This document shows, piece by piece, positions 1 to 12,415 of a DNA stretch of 64,000 nt (the first letter of the stretch is position 1; the number at the start of each line of letters is the position of its first letter). Source of the stretch: Octopus sinensis (Eukaryota); the NCBI RefSeq assembly GCF_006345805.1, contig NC_043009.1:11470001-11534000 (forward strand). The letters run 5' to 3'. The notes below the pieces were generated by a model that did no database searches, had not been told where the DNA came from, and was given only the letters and a program-made list of their open reading frames with translations. A program made the position numbers and the translations under genes.

Positions 1-406
1 CCAAATCGCTCTTGCTCTTTGTATTTTTTATTCTCTAGATTAAACAGGAAATAGAGTAGAATTTTGTCAAGTACACTCGCTCTTTGTCTTTTATTTATGT
101 AGGTTAAAAAAGAAATAGATGAAGTAGTATTTATCAAGTATGCTCCTTTAAGGCTGCTCGTAATGCGTAGAATGAAAGTAGACCCTTTCTGGTACAATGA
201 CGTGCTGCAAAAGATTCTAAAGTTCATTATCTGGATTTACCCTACTTAACATTTACTTTGCATCACATGTTCATACACATACAGACTATTAGGTAAAATT
301 ATAAATATACAAATGACTATATACAAATGTAGACACTATATAAGTTTCAACGTGTAATCATAAACAAGTGGATCGAATGCACACGTAAACAGACACGGCC
401 ATGTGT

Positions 407-419
407 ATACATACATACA

Positions 420-453
<34 letters not shown>

Positions 454-535
454 CAAACATACATACATACATACATACATGCATGCATGCATGCATACAT
501 ACATACATACATACATACATACATACATACATACA

Positions 536-583
<48 letters not shown>

Positions 584-597
584 CATACATACAAACA
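407..597. repeat. (TACA)n microsatellite with short (TGCA)n and (TA)n interruptions
   Basis: Direct reading; source of the spurious CMYV/HTYI ORFs at 336-710. Confidence 0.95.
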
Positions 598-2377
598 TAC
601 GCTATACATTTATTCATTCATTTATTTATTTATACGCATGTACGCACATAAAATATATGCATACATATAAGCAAACATGCATAAATAGAGAAGTAAAGTT
701 TATAGTTTAAACAGGATTGCAATCTCAATTTATCCTCAAAGACAACTTTTACTTTGTTGAATGGTAAATTTTCAACAATAATCACTCACACATACACAAA
801 TATACGCGTACATAATGTATAAATCCATACATACCTACGTGTATACATACACTATACACTCGTAATTACATCTATCAGACTTCCTAAATGACTGTTTATT
901 CTCCTGCTCACATTCACAGAAGAAACACTTTATTCTCATAAGTGTAGCGATATTTATCTCAAACTTGAATATACTATAACCACAGACGTTACAAAAAAAA
1001 AACGCATCACTGGACAATCATAATTTTAGCAACACAGCAAAAGAACCGAGGGAAAACAACATCGTAAAAGTATGTAGAATGTTATTAGCTGTAGATCGAA
1101 ATTCTAAATTATGCTTTTGTTAGAGTTATGAACTCAGTAATAACTTGTATAATTGCTGTAAACTAGCAAATGATTCCTCAGCTGTCTGTTAAATAGAATT
1201 AAGTTATACTAAAATGAACTTCAGACAGCACTAAATTATTTCATCACATGCAATAACGCTAGCAAGCAACATTTTTTCTAACACTAAGGGGCAATTTGCT
1301 GCTGGAAAGTAATTTCTTGCACAAAATTTAAGACAGCACTCACATAACAATAAATAGAAATTTTTTGACGAAACATACATTTAGTATTTATGAGAATGTG
1401 TGCTATAACATATCAGACTCCGACTGCAAGTATGATAATAGGCGTACTAAGTACTAGGTGAGCTCATATATAAAGAATTGAAATTTGAATGAAGAATTAT
1501 TCCATTTATAAAACTCTTATTTCATTACAGAACATTTAAAACTGGTAATGATAATGTTGCTAAGTGATATAGGGGCATAAATATTAGTGAGAGAATATAA
1601 GCCTCACAATTTGAGCAAATAATTCTCATTTTATAATCCCTTTTCACAACTTTCAAGTAGTATGTTAAAAGATCTTGAAGATGTAAGCAATAATGAAATC
1701 TAAAAAAATTAGAACAAGGATCATAAGAAAAAAATCGATAATCTACTGAAGATTCTCATTTATACAGCGATATTCAACAATGGCAAACAGTAAAATAACT
1801 ACACTTATTACAAACAACGTTTAAGAACTGTTTGGTAATCTGTAAAGCAAGAGCACTTAAGCATAAACTGATACTCTTCAAATAAACCTTAAAAGCCGTT
1901 ATTGAGAAGTACGACTATCAGAAAAAGTTAGATGAAAGAAAATTAACTAAGGATAATAGTCTAGAGTGCAAAAGAAAACAATTCAGGAGAAAAATTCTCC
2001 AGAAAGAGGTTTGGCTATCAGCTACAACCCCTAAAATTTAAATTTCCATTGGTATGGAAGACGTATCGACCTTTATCAGCAAGCTGTCAGTGACGATATA
2101 CATATACTCAGCTGGCTTGTAAGGCCAGAAGCAAGTTTGATGTCAAAAGACAAAGCCACTCAGAAGGCAAAGAACTATCTCAGCACGTTGAAAACCTAAT
2201 ATGTAACAAATATATAACAGATATGATCCCCGAGTAGTTCGGCACACAATAAATCAGTGACCTACAAGCTGCTTGCTGTACCTGTAGGAACATGTAAGGC
2301 ACTCGATTAGATGTTAGATAAGAGCTGAGTCACTGACATTAAAACCTGGATACTTTTACAACCAGGAATTTTCACTT

Positions 2378-3101
2378 CAATAAAAAAGACCGTCTCTTCA
2401 TAAACAAAAAAACATGTAGGCAAAAGCATAACAATGGTTGAAACATACTACGAATATAGCTTAATAGTCCTTAAAGAACCTTCACTTACTAAAGTCGATG
2501 TGCATTCATCGGGCAAATATTCATATATAAAATAGGAATTAGAAAGATCATCGGGAAGGTACTTTCTAACTGATATACACAACCAGAAAAAAAACCATTA
2601 TTCGACAGTAACACATCAGTTGAAATACAGTTTTATGCGTATCCCAAAAAGTTCTCGCATAGCTATGTTGTGAGAAAACATTCATAATAAAAGTGTCATC
2701 ATCATCATCATTGTTCGACCGTGGTCGAAACAATGGAATTTACCATGTTACGCCAGACTCACGGTCCATCATAGCATTATGGAGGTCCTGTTGCTGGATG
2801 CCTGTATCCCTGGAGATTACATCAGGGTAGGAGAGTGTGCGCCCTCTGGTATCATGAGCAGATGGCTTCCAGAGGAGAAGAGTAGAAATTACCTCGTTTT
2901 CAGCTCTACAACAATGTCCAGCAAACTGGACTCTCCTACCTTTCACAAGAGATGATACAGAATATTTGCCTGATGAATGCACATCGACTTTTGTAAGTGA
3001 AGGTTCTTGAAGGACTATTAAAGCTATATTCGTAGTGTTTCAACCATTGTTATGCTTTTGCCTACATATTTTTGTTTATGAAGAGACGGTCTTTTCTATT
3101 G
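2378..3101. repeat. Inverted repeat, ~143-bp arms (2378-2522 and 2960-3101)
   Basis: ...aagtcgatgtgcattcatcgggcaaatattc (to 2522) is the reverse complement of gaatatttgcctgatgaatgcacatcgactt... (from 2960); the match runs to aagagacggtcttttctattg with few mismatches. Confidence 0.9.
2697..2960 (-). mobile_element. 5'-truncated RTE-type LINE 3' end
   Basis: Minus-strand peptide VKGRRVQFAGHCCRAENEVISTLLLWKP..RGRTLSYPDVISRDTG..MMDRES matches the RTE/RTEX post-RT region (F/W-x-GH-x-x-R ... GR ... DR-x-x-W); ends in a (GAT)n tail at 2697-2711. Confidence 0.8.
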
Positions 3102-3354
3102 TCATGATAAACCACAGTAGTCTTCGATCAACAAGATTCATATTGGGTCTCTTATTAATGGTATTGTTTTTGAAATCCAGGAACAGAAATAGCAACAAAA
3201 TACCTGTTGCAGAAAAAAAATAGCGATGCTAATATAATAGAATCGATGTAGACTGTAGAACTAACATCGAAGATCTTGTCTGTATTTTGAGTAGGCGTTC
3301 CAGAATATCCACCATATTTGTGACCAGTTCATTGGGAAAAAACTAACAGGTAGC

Positions 3355-3510
3355 AACTTAGCGGTTCGGTAAAAGATACTGATGAAATAAGTACCAGGTT
3401 TAACAAAAATAAAAAAAAAGAGAAATAAGTACTGGGGTCGATCCGTTCGGCTAGAAACAGCCAAGGTGGTGCTCCAGCATGGCTGCAGTCTAATGACTGA
3501 AACAAGAAAA
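3355..3510 (+). mobile_element. SINE type A, 3' part
   Basis: acttagcggttcgg...gtactggggtcgat...ggtgctccagcatggctgcagtctaatgactgaaacaag matches the 3' half of the full copy at 28892-29299. Confidence 0.8.
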
Positions 3511-4168
3511 ATATAAAGATAATGATAGTCCTTACTGACGAGATACAAAAAGTGACAGTGATGTAGAAGGTATATTCATTCCTAAACAAAATTGTTGCTT
3601 TGTGGCTATCTGACCTTCTCCAAAATCTAGGCACAATTGACAAAGTACGAGATGTGTGTCAGAGAAAAAAATGTGCCTTGCAGTAGAGATTACTTATCCC
3701 ACTGACATTAAAATAATGTTAGCGATAAAAGAAAACGTAGTTTAGCTATGTTGAATTAATGAAAAATCTGCTGAGGCTACAAATAAATAATAAATGCTAA
3801 TCTATATATTTGAATATATATATAACGTTGTTTTATATATTTAGAAAAAATTCATCTTTAGCATACATTTTTGGAGGCTGCGTCTCGCAAAACCAAAGAG
3901 GACACAGTTGATTAAGAAATTATAATTACAAGCCATCACTATAACTTTAAAATGTCTGCAATATTCAGTAGTATAGCCTGTAGTATTTATGTGTACAAGG
4001 ATATTTACAAACAAAGGTATGATTGTATATATGCTTAAATGCATATAAATACGTACGTAAATGCATATAAATAAAATAAATCAAAACACTTCACTTTGCT
4101 GGATCACATAGCAATGACGTGTATTCAAATATATACATACATTCTACATAGGTGTTTAGGTATGGAGC

Positions 4169-4287
4169 ATGCGTACATACGCAGACATAAAGGTATAAGT
4201 ATATCTAAGCATACACTAATGATTTATAATTATACTTTCAAAGTGTTTATACACATATAAGTAGATGTAAATGCCTATATATATATG

Positions 4288-4321
<34 letters not shown>

Positions 4322-4567
4322 TATATAACATATACATACATATATAAATATATATATATATGTATATGTATGTATATACGCATATATATATATATGCGTA
4401 TATACATACATATACATATATATATTTATATATGTATGTATACACACACACATATATATAGGCATTTACATCTACTTATATGTGTGTAAACACTTTAAAA
4501 GTATATTTATAAATCATTAGTGTATACTTAGATATACTTATACTTTTATGTCTATGTATGTACGCAT
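4169..4567. repeat. Fold-back: ~115-bp inverted arms around a (TA)-rich core
   Basis: atgcgtacatacgcagacataaaggtataagtatatctaagcatacactaatgatttata...gtagatgtaaatgcctata is mirrored by tataggcatttacatctac...tataaatcattagtgtatacttagatatacttatac...gtatgtacgcat. Confidence 0.9.
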
Positions 4568-4589
4568 ATGTACATACATACGTACGCAC

Positions 4590-4884
4590 ATACGTACTCT
4601 CTAACACACGCGCACCTTCGTTTTGGGGTCACTACTACTTTGTTATCTCCCCTACTTCTTCGTTCTCCTGTGTGACCCTTCTGTCTGGCATTCGCCATGA
4701 TAGATCGGTAGCCTCTGCACATTCTTTATTTTCTCTCCTTGTTTCTTTCTGTGTTCCTTTCTGTGGAAGAGCATAGGCTCGAAACGTAAAAGTCTTTTTC
4801 AATTCCCGAGCGTTATACTAATACATCTGTTTGTTTTCTACACCACCTGTCTTCGTCTTTTGTTTTTTCGTGAATTCTCCCTAC

Positions 4885-4885
<1 letters not shown>
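4590..4885 (+). mobile_element. Penelope-like pLTR/3' remnant with degenerate hammerhead-like motif (4761-4790)
   Basis: ggaagagcataggctcgaaacgtaaaag has a GAGC-loop-GCTC stem followed by GAAACGTA; pyrimidine-rich flanks; a second copy lies at 31668-31797 (-). Confidence 0.55.
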
Positions 4886-4916
<31 letters not shown>

Positions 4917-6028
4917 ATAGCAAATAAGAAAATGGAGGAGAACAATAGGTGGTCCACACAACTTTTGGACATTAAATCATGTTAACTTATATATATATAT
5001 ATACATGCAATTCCTACATAACATACACGCATACACGAGCGCTTATGTTCATATATGCAAAGATGCATATTGCATAGATGTGAGAGTCATATTCTATATC
5101 AGTAAAATGCAAGCATTGAGTTGTTAAAAAATACGAAATACTATAACTCTGATGTTTGAAAGAGGAAGATACAAGTTATTTACATGAACAAACTAAATGC
5201 AAAACAAAACATTTGACATGAGCGATAAATGTTGCCTCTGTTCGTTTAAATATCAATAATGACTGCTAAGGAATTCAATAAATAATAATTACAGACTATT
5301 GGATTGGTTTACTGGAACAGAAAATGACAGTGATGGAGAGTTTCTATTGAAATGATAATCGAATAGAGTAAATAGCTGCCTATGAAGTTTTCTCTTGGTA
5401 ACGATTCCTTTCTCCCTGTAGACATTCTCTTGCTTAATACTTAATACTATCCTTTAGTAATCTCTGTATGATAACCGAGTCTGTCGTAATGTATTCGTGT
5501 TTATGTGTGGCATGAAAACAAGTGAAACAGAAAGATATTCAAATGATTGTGTTTTTGTAGAATGAGTGAGTTGTCTATTATGTAAAAGTAATATCTGTTT
5601 AAATTATACTTTAGTGCAAATTGAATGATGAAACGAAACTATTGAAGTCAGTATAGTGCCAACATAGAAGTTAAAAAGCCCGCTGCTCGAATTTGGTCTG
5701 GCTTGTTCAGTATTCAAATATCATATTCCAAGCTGCAACGCACATGTAGAATAGGGAGGTAAATACACCAATGTATGCGACAGAATATAGACTACAAATC
5801 TGTTGTGTGGACGCCCCCAGACGATGAAGTAGCTAGCTCAATACGTAGATATAGAGGGAGAAGCCTAGACGTCGAGAGAGTAGTAGGAGTAGAGCAGAGT
5901 AGTAGAAGGTATCTGAACGTGCGACATAACAAAACCAAAGCTTTTCTTCACAGTTTTCCGACTAAATGAAAAAAAAAAGAAACAAAAATCATCTTCAAAT
6001 CATATACTGCCGCCCTAGAAAAGAATAC

Positions 6029-6441
6029 GGATCTTTTCGGTTTGAACGGCAGTTTTTTCTAGAGGTGTCATATGAAATTGTCACCCATAATTATGACCCC
6101 TAGTATCGATCTATTGCATTTCAATCTATTTTAGGGTTAGGGTTAGGGGTGGGGGGAAGGGTATTTTGTTTCTTCAGAAATGTAAATAAACCCAATCTAT
6201 TTCTTAAACGAGGGACATATTCATACGGCACAGAATGTTTTCACCTCAATGGACGTCATTGATTGGTTGAAATTGCAGAAATTGAAGAAAAAAACAAGTA
6301 TCTTACAAACTATAGAATTTTCTCAATAAAGCCAAGAGAAAAAGATGTTTTATAAACACATTCTACCAGTATACGAAGTTTAAAAGTGTTTAGTTACGTG
6401 GAAATTATTTTTAAAAACTGCCGTTCAAACCGAAAAGATCC
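6029..6441 (+). mobile_element. MITE (413 bp) with ~28-bp TIRs, 8-bp TSD and internal TTAGGG repeats
   Basis: TIRs ggatcttttcggtttgaacggcagtttt / aaaactgccgttcaaaccgaaaagatcc; flanks aagaatac (6021-6028) and aaggatac (6442-6449); ttagggttagggttagggg near 6131-6149; second copy at 54032-54453. Confidence 0.9.
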
Positions 6442-6677
6442 AAGGATACTTTAGATACCATGTTACTTGGTTCACTGATTAGTTTAGTCTTTCCAGAAAA
6501 TATATACGGAATGGTTACGACTGAAATTCTTTTAGCCATACATTTGCTTGATTGGGCCAGTCTGTGACTAAACTACAAAACAGTGCATTAAACTAACAAG
6601 ATTATAAGTCGGAAATTGGTTGACAAGTACTTTACAGGAAAAGGAAATGTTAGGTTGTATAATAACTGCATACATAT

Positions 6678-6845
6678 AGGCGCAGGCGTAGCTGTGTGGT
6701 AAGAAGCTTGCTTCTCAACCACATGATTCTGGGTTCGGTCCCACAGCGTGGCATCTTGGGCAAGTGTTTTCTACTATAACCTCGGGCCAAACAAAGCCTT
6801 GTGAATGGGTTTGGTAGACGGAAATTGAAAGAAGCCCGTCGTATA
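6678..6845 (+). mobile_element. SINE type A, 5' part (tRNA-derived head)
   Basis: ggcgcaggcgtagctgtgtggtaag (A-box-like) ... gggttcggtccc (B-box-like) ... gggcaagtgt...gtagacggaaattgaaagaagcccgtc. Confidence 0.85.
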
Positions 6846-6932
6846 TATATTTGTAAATAAGGATAAGATCGACATTATCAAGTGGTCAGCATGTGAATAA
6901 AAACCTTACAATGGTAATAATTATTTAAAACT

Positions 6933-7047
6933 ATAAATTAGGGTATCTGAGAGATACCACCACGCTGAAATAGCAGTCAAACCTGACCCTAAAGCCACGT
7001 TAAATGTTCATGTAGCGTGGTGGTATCTCTTAGATACCCTAATTTAT
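6933..7047. repeat. Small hairpin: 34-bp inverted arms (6933-6966, 7014-7047)
   Basis: ataaattagggtatctgagagataccaccacgct versus agcgtggtggtatctcttagataccctaatttat, one mismatch. Confidence 0.9.
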
Positions 7048-7075
7048 CGTTTTATATATATGTGTGTGTGTGTGT

Positions 7076-7109
<34 letters not shown>

Positions 7110-8096
7110 GGTTGAAAAGTAACACACGAGTTGATATGTATAAGGAAAATAAGACAAGGTAGGAAATGCTAGAATATTTTAGTACCGGTTTAAGTCTTCG
7201 TGGCTTTTCCAACATAGAGTAAAGCATGAAAAACAATTAAATTGTGGAAAAATTAAATGAAATGTTTCTTTAAAGTATTTCCATACTTTTCAATTGCAAG
7301 GAACATTTTCCTTTTTTCTGCCTGTCTCTGTCTTTCTTTTTTACTCTTGTGAGTTGTAGGTCGTGCGCGGCAGGTAGTAGTAGTTTGATATGAATTCTTG
7401 CTTTTGATTCTTTAAGCAGCAGTAGTAGTTGAGAAAGGAGGCGGCGGCGAAGAATAAAGAAAGAAAGAAAGGAAGAGAGAAAGAAAGAAAGAAAGAATAA
7501 TAAAAATGCGAGAGTGGTATGGCAGGAATCCTCTTAAATGGTCAAGTGACCTAAAAGTGACCCGTTGTGGTTGTAATAGTAGTGATTGGAATTGTTCTGA
7601 ATAAATTCATGCGAAGTGACTGTTCTGAATACGTCGTTTTTAATGCTTGCGTCGATATTATTCTAAGGCCCTTGTGATAGTGTCATTTGTAGTGGACGCT
7701 TTCAAAACGGGTTTATATCTTGTGATAAAGTATGACTCTTTACCAATGCACTGACTACAGGTTACAACGTCCCCGAATTGAAAAGAAACAAAGTTATCTG
7801 GTGCTGTTTATCCATCATGGAAAAGCAAATGTCTGTAAAACATGCTCTGGAACATTTAGAAAACGATATTACATAAGACAAATACGTGTCTACATATAAT
7901 AACTGTTGATGAAACGACAAATGCAGAATGTGTACGCATGAATGTGAAAGAGTATGAGAGAGAGTCAATAAGTGATATCCAAAGACGCTCGATATAGGAA
8001 ACACGTAATAATGCTCAAACGATTTGAACTTAATCTCTGAAATCTTTATCGTGGACTAATTCCGCGGGGTAAGAGTGACTAAATATGCATACACAC

Positions 8097-8871
<775 letters not shown>

Positions 8872-9283
8872 ATGTAAGCACCATAGCTTAAGCGTATCAT
8901 ATAAAGAGGAGTAAGAAAGATGGCTTCTTATTGACATTAGAGATATATGACGTAGACTTCACAAACGTTTAGTCCGAGCTCCTCAATTCTGATATTCGGA
9001 CAATGATGAAAATTAAAGCATAAAAAAAATTCGCTGTAAAATATGGAAGAAAGTAATCCTAACGATTGACAATATAAACCATCATATAAAAATAGTGTAA
9101 TTTGGAGAGGGGTAAAATTATACTAATGAGAGCATGTAAATTTGTAAGCGAAGAAGATATATTAATGGGAAAAGGCAAAATATTTTTACGATTAGATGTT
9201 TGTAAAATTATCTTTAACGTCATTGACTTCTTAGGTGAATAAATATAGGCTGTTCTATGTTTTTCAACATATTCATTCACGTG

Positions 9284-9655
9284 AAGGCGGCGAGCTGGCA
9301 GAAACGTTAGCATGCTGGGCGAAATGCTTAGCAGTATTTCGGCTGCCGCTACGTTCTGAGTTCAAATTCCACCGAGGTCGACTTTGCCTTTCATCCTTTC
9401 GGGGTCGTTTAAATAAGTACCAGTTGAGCACTGGGTCGATATAATCGACTTAATCGACTTAATCTTGTTTGTCCTCTTTGTGGGTAGTAAAGAAATAGGT
9501 ATTTCGTTTGTGTTTACGTTAATAACTCAAATTCCGCCGAGGTCGACTTTGCCTTTCATCCTTTCGATTAAGTACCAGTTGCGTACTGGGGTCGATCTAA
9601 TCGACTGGTCCCCTCCCCCAAAATTTCGTACCCTGTGCCTAGAGTAGAAAAGAAC
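9284..9655 (+). mobile_element. SINE type B, long form with duplicated core
   Basis: aggcggcgagctggcagaaacgttagc ... gagttcaaattcc (B-box) ... gtcgactttgcctttcatcctttcg core present twice; homologous to 51088 and 51598. Confidence 0.85.
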
Positions 9656-9677
9656 ATTAATTCATGTGGAATATATA

Positions 9678-9891
9678 TTCTTTTCTACTCTAGGCACAAG
9701 GTCCAAAATTTCGAAGAAGAGAGCCAGTCGATTAGATCGACCCCAGTACGCAACTGGTACTTAATTTATCGGTCCCGAAAGGATGAAAGGCAAAGTCGAC
9801 CTCGACGGAATTTGAACCCAGAACATAAAGACAGACGAAATACCACTAAGCATTTCGCCCGACGTGCTAACATTTCTGCCAGTGCGCCGCC
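9678..9891 (-). mobile_element. SINE type B, short form, tail-to-tail with the preceding copy
   Basis: Reverse complement reads ggcggcgcactggcagaaatgttagcacgtcgggcgaaatgcttag...gtcgactttgcctttcatcctttcggg...ccttgtgcctagagtagaaaag; imperfect TSD atgtggaatatatat / acgtggaatacatat. Confidence 0.85.
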
Positions 9892-10654
9892 ATACGTGGA
9901 ATACATATAAGCACTAGCGGCAGTTATTTGGGTGTACGTAACTAAAAAGTAAATACTTCGAAGTATGTCTACAATAATTTCACATCTGTGATCGACATTT
10001 TATAGAATTATTGCACTCACGTATATATCAACTTACATTTTCGTATATACTCGTCCACGTGTGAGAGTGTGAGTGTGAGTGCCAGCATGTGTGTGTATGT
10101 GTATAGTCATATCAACTTGTTGCTTTGCATAATTCTATTTCCTATCCTATATTGTCAATCACTCAGATATTACCCAACCGACTTCCCTTATAATATTCAG
10201 ACCTTCTTACTGCATGCTTATTATATACGAAATTTGATGTTGACTTTTTCCATATTCATCCGAAGATCGACTACTAAAGAATCTGAGTTACGAATTGTGA
10301 AGTTTGGCCTTTCAATACGCTTTACAAACACAATCACAGCCAAACGCAAATGTTTTATACATACATACATACACGCACACACTCACACACACACACACTC
10401 ACACACACACACACACACACAACACACACACACGCACACACACACACACACATAATAAAGTTATTTTATTCGACACGGGTAGAGACATAAGAAAAATTAG
10501 AAGTAGAACTGCATAGGGAATAGTTAAAATTATTTTTATTCATATATTTAAAGGTTTCACAGTTTATACTGATTTTCAAAGAGTTCAAATCGAAATACGT
10601 GGCTTATGTCGCAACTCTCTTCCTTCTGACTTGCCCTGTCTTTATAAAGAGTCT

Positions 10655-11155
10655 GTTGTGACCCCCTTCGGTCATGAATGACCATGGGATTGCACCTAGG
10701 AAGTTACCCTCAAGTCTGGGCAAGGTTGTTTATGGAAGACCAGCAGTCGCCCATGAATACCAGCCTCCCCCTCCACGTCACCGATGTTATCCAAGAGAAA
10801 AGCAAAGGTCGATACAGCTTGGCACCTGTGACGTCGCAGCTCATTTATTAACGTGCAAGTGGCCGAGCACTCCACAGACACGTGTACCCTTAACGTAGTT
10901 CTCGGGGAGATTCAGTGTGACACAGTGTGACAAGGCTGGACCTTTGAAATACAGGTACAACAGAAACAGGAAGAGAGAGTGAGAGAAAGTTGTGGTGAAA
11001 GAGTACAGCAGGGTTCACCACCACCCTCTGCCGGAGCCTCGTGGAGCTTTAGGTGCTTTTGCTCAATAAACACTCACAATCCCCGGTCTGGAAATCGAAA
11101 CCGCGATCCTATGACCGCGAGTCCGCTGCACTAACCACTGGACCATTGCGCCTCC
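10655..11155 (-). mobile_element. Chimeric SINE: type C head and partial tail 1 fused to the type D tail
   Basis: 11155-10848 aligns to 28083-28465; 10848-10655 aligns to the tail of the 16010-16275 element (gtcgcccatgaataccagcctc...gatgttatcca). Confidence 0.8.
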
Positions 11156-11550
11156 ACTATAGGGAGTTCATGGCTCAAATTAGTATATGTTTTGAACAGG
11201 ATTTGATTGGTAGAAGATAATCACATGACTGCTTTTAGAAATGTTTGCAGATTCCCCGCTACGTCCGTGTGTTAGTATCAAGTGACAATGTTTGGCGTCG
11301 TAAGTTATCGAAACAAAAATATAAGGATAAAAACGGTTGTCCAAACGTGATAAATCTCGTCAAAGCTACAAGTTCAATCCATTGCGATAAGGTTAAATAA
11401 TAATGGTAATTAATGATTCAGCATTAATTTCTTTGCCTGAGTTCTTTTCAAACTACTTCTTTCACTCAAACGTATTTTCAAATGTTCTTTATTTGATATT
11501 CAAGTCTTTGTTTGTTTGTATTATATGTATTCTTAAACGACGTATACTAT

Positions 11551-11577
11551 CTCATTTTTCTTTTCGTATATTTTCAG
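11551..11577 (+). promoter_or_regulatory. Candidate 3' splice acceptor opening the exon that contains the TMEM200-like CDS
   Basis: ctcatttttcttttcgtatattttCAG|aat is a strong polypyrimidine tract plus CAG; the ~840 bp downstream to the ATG is free of recognisable repeats. Confidence 0.4.
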
Positions 11578-12415
11578 AATTACGACGGGAAAATTATGAA
11601 TCTTATGTCTGACATTACGAACGGTGAACTGTTACCTTCAATAATGGTTTTCCATGGATCTATATAATATTCAAGTCTTGTGAAGTCTTTGTAGCTATGC
11701 TAAATGCTTTCAATCAGCGTGTAATCTCTCAGTAACTGATTCTGCCGGTCAACGAGTAGATTCCAATGTGCAATTTACTAACTTCAATGTCTATATAATT
11801 TTCGATTGATTTAACTTAATTCTATCAAGCTTATACAAATTGTCCACAAACATTTCACAGAAACAATTGCATAAATGCATACTTGCTTAAATTATGTCCA
11901 ACTTTTATTCATTCATTTAAAAAAGGATCCTTTCAGTCGTAGACTAATTAAATTTTCAGCAAGCAAATATTAATAAAATGATGCTTCTCAAAAATGAAAT
12001 TATGAACACAAATCCCTTGAGGAATTACAATTATCAGAAATGTATATTATTTCTGTTATTACGATTACTAAATCTTATTTACTTTCAACTATTGTTCCTG
12101 CTTTCTACGAATTCTTAAATTCTTGCTAAAACAAAGAAATCAAATAAAGCAGTCGGCATCATATGCCACATTTCTCATCCACTTAAATGTTGGTGCTAAA
12201 TTCAAGTTGTTCATAAAATTATCAGGCTACCAGAGAAATTGAGTAAATTCACAAAACTGCAAGATTATTCAAGCGAAATCATTTAATGTCTATTAAAATA
12301 AGATTCCAGCAGTGCAATAATTAAGACTTCCTTTGTTCGGAAACAGTAAGGATATCAGTGGAATGAGATGAAACAAATAAAGAAATAATACAGTCTGGCT
12401 CTAATCTGAAATAAA

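Noticed and set aside
336-710. Overlapping 75-93 aa ORFs (CMYV/HTYI repeats), and dozens of similar YI-, HT-, CV-, LSIY- and SL-repeat ORFs across the window
   Set aside because: They are translations of stop-free microsatellites such as (TACA)n, (TA)n, (CA)n, (GATA)n and (CT)n, with no coding signature.
1440-2690. Coding-like A-rich stretch, possibly an old transposon ORF
   Set aside because: Frequent stops in the frames tried and no convincing motif; cannot be classified without a profile search.
6131-6149. TTAGGG repeats as a telomere or chromosome-fusion scar
   Set aside because: Only 3-4 units, and they lie inside a TIR/TSD-bounded MITE present twice.
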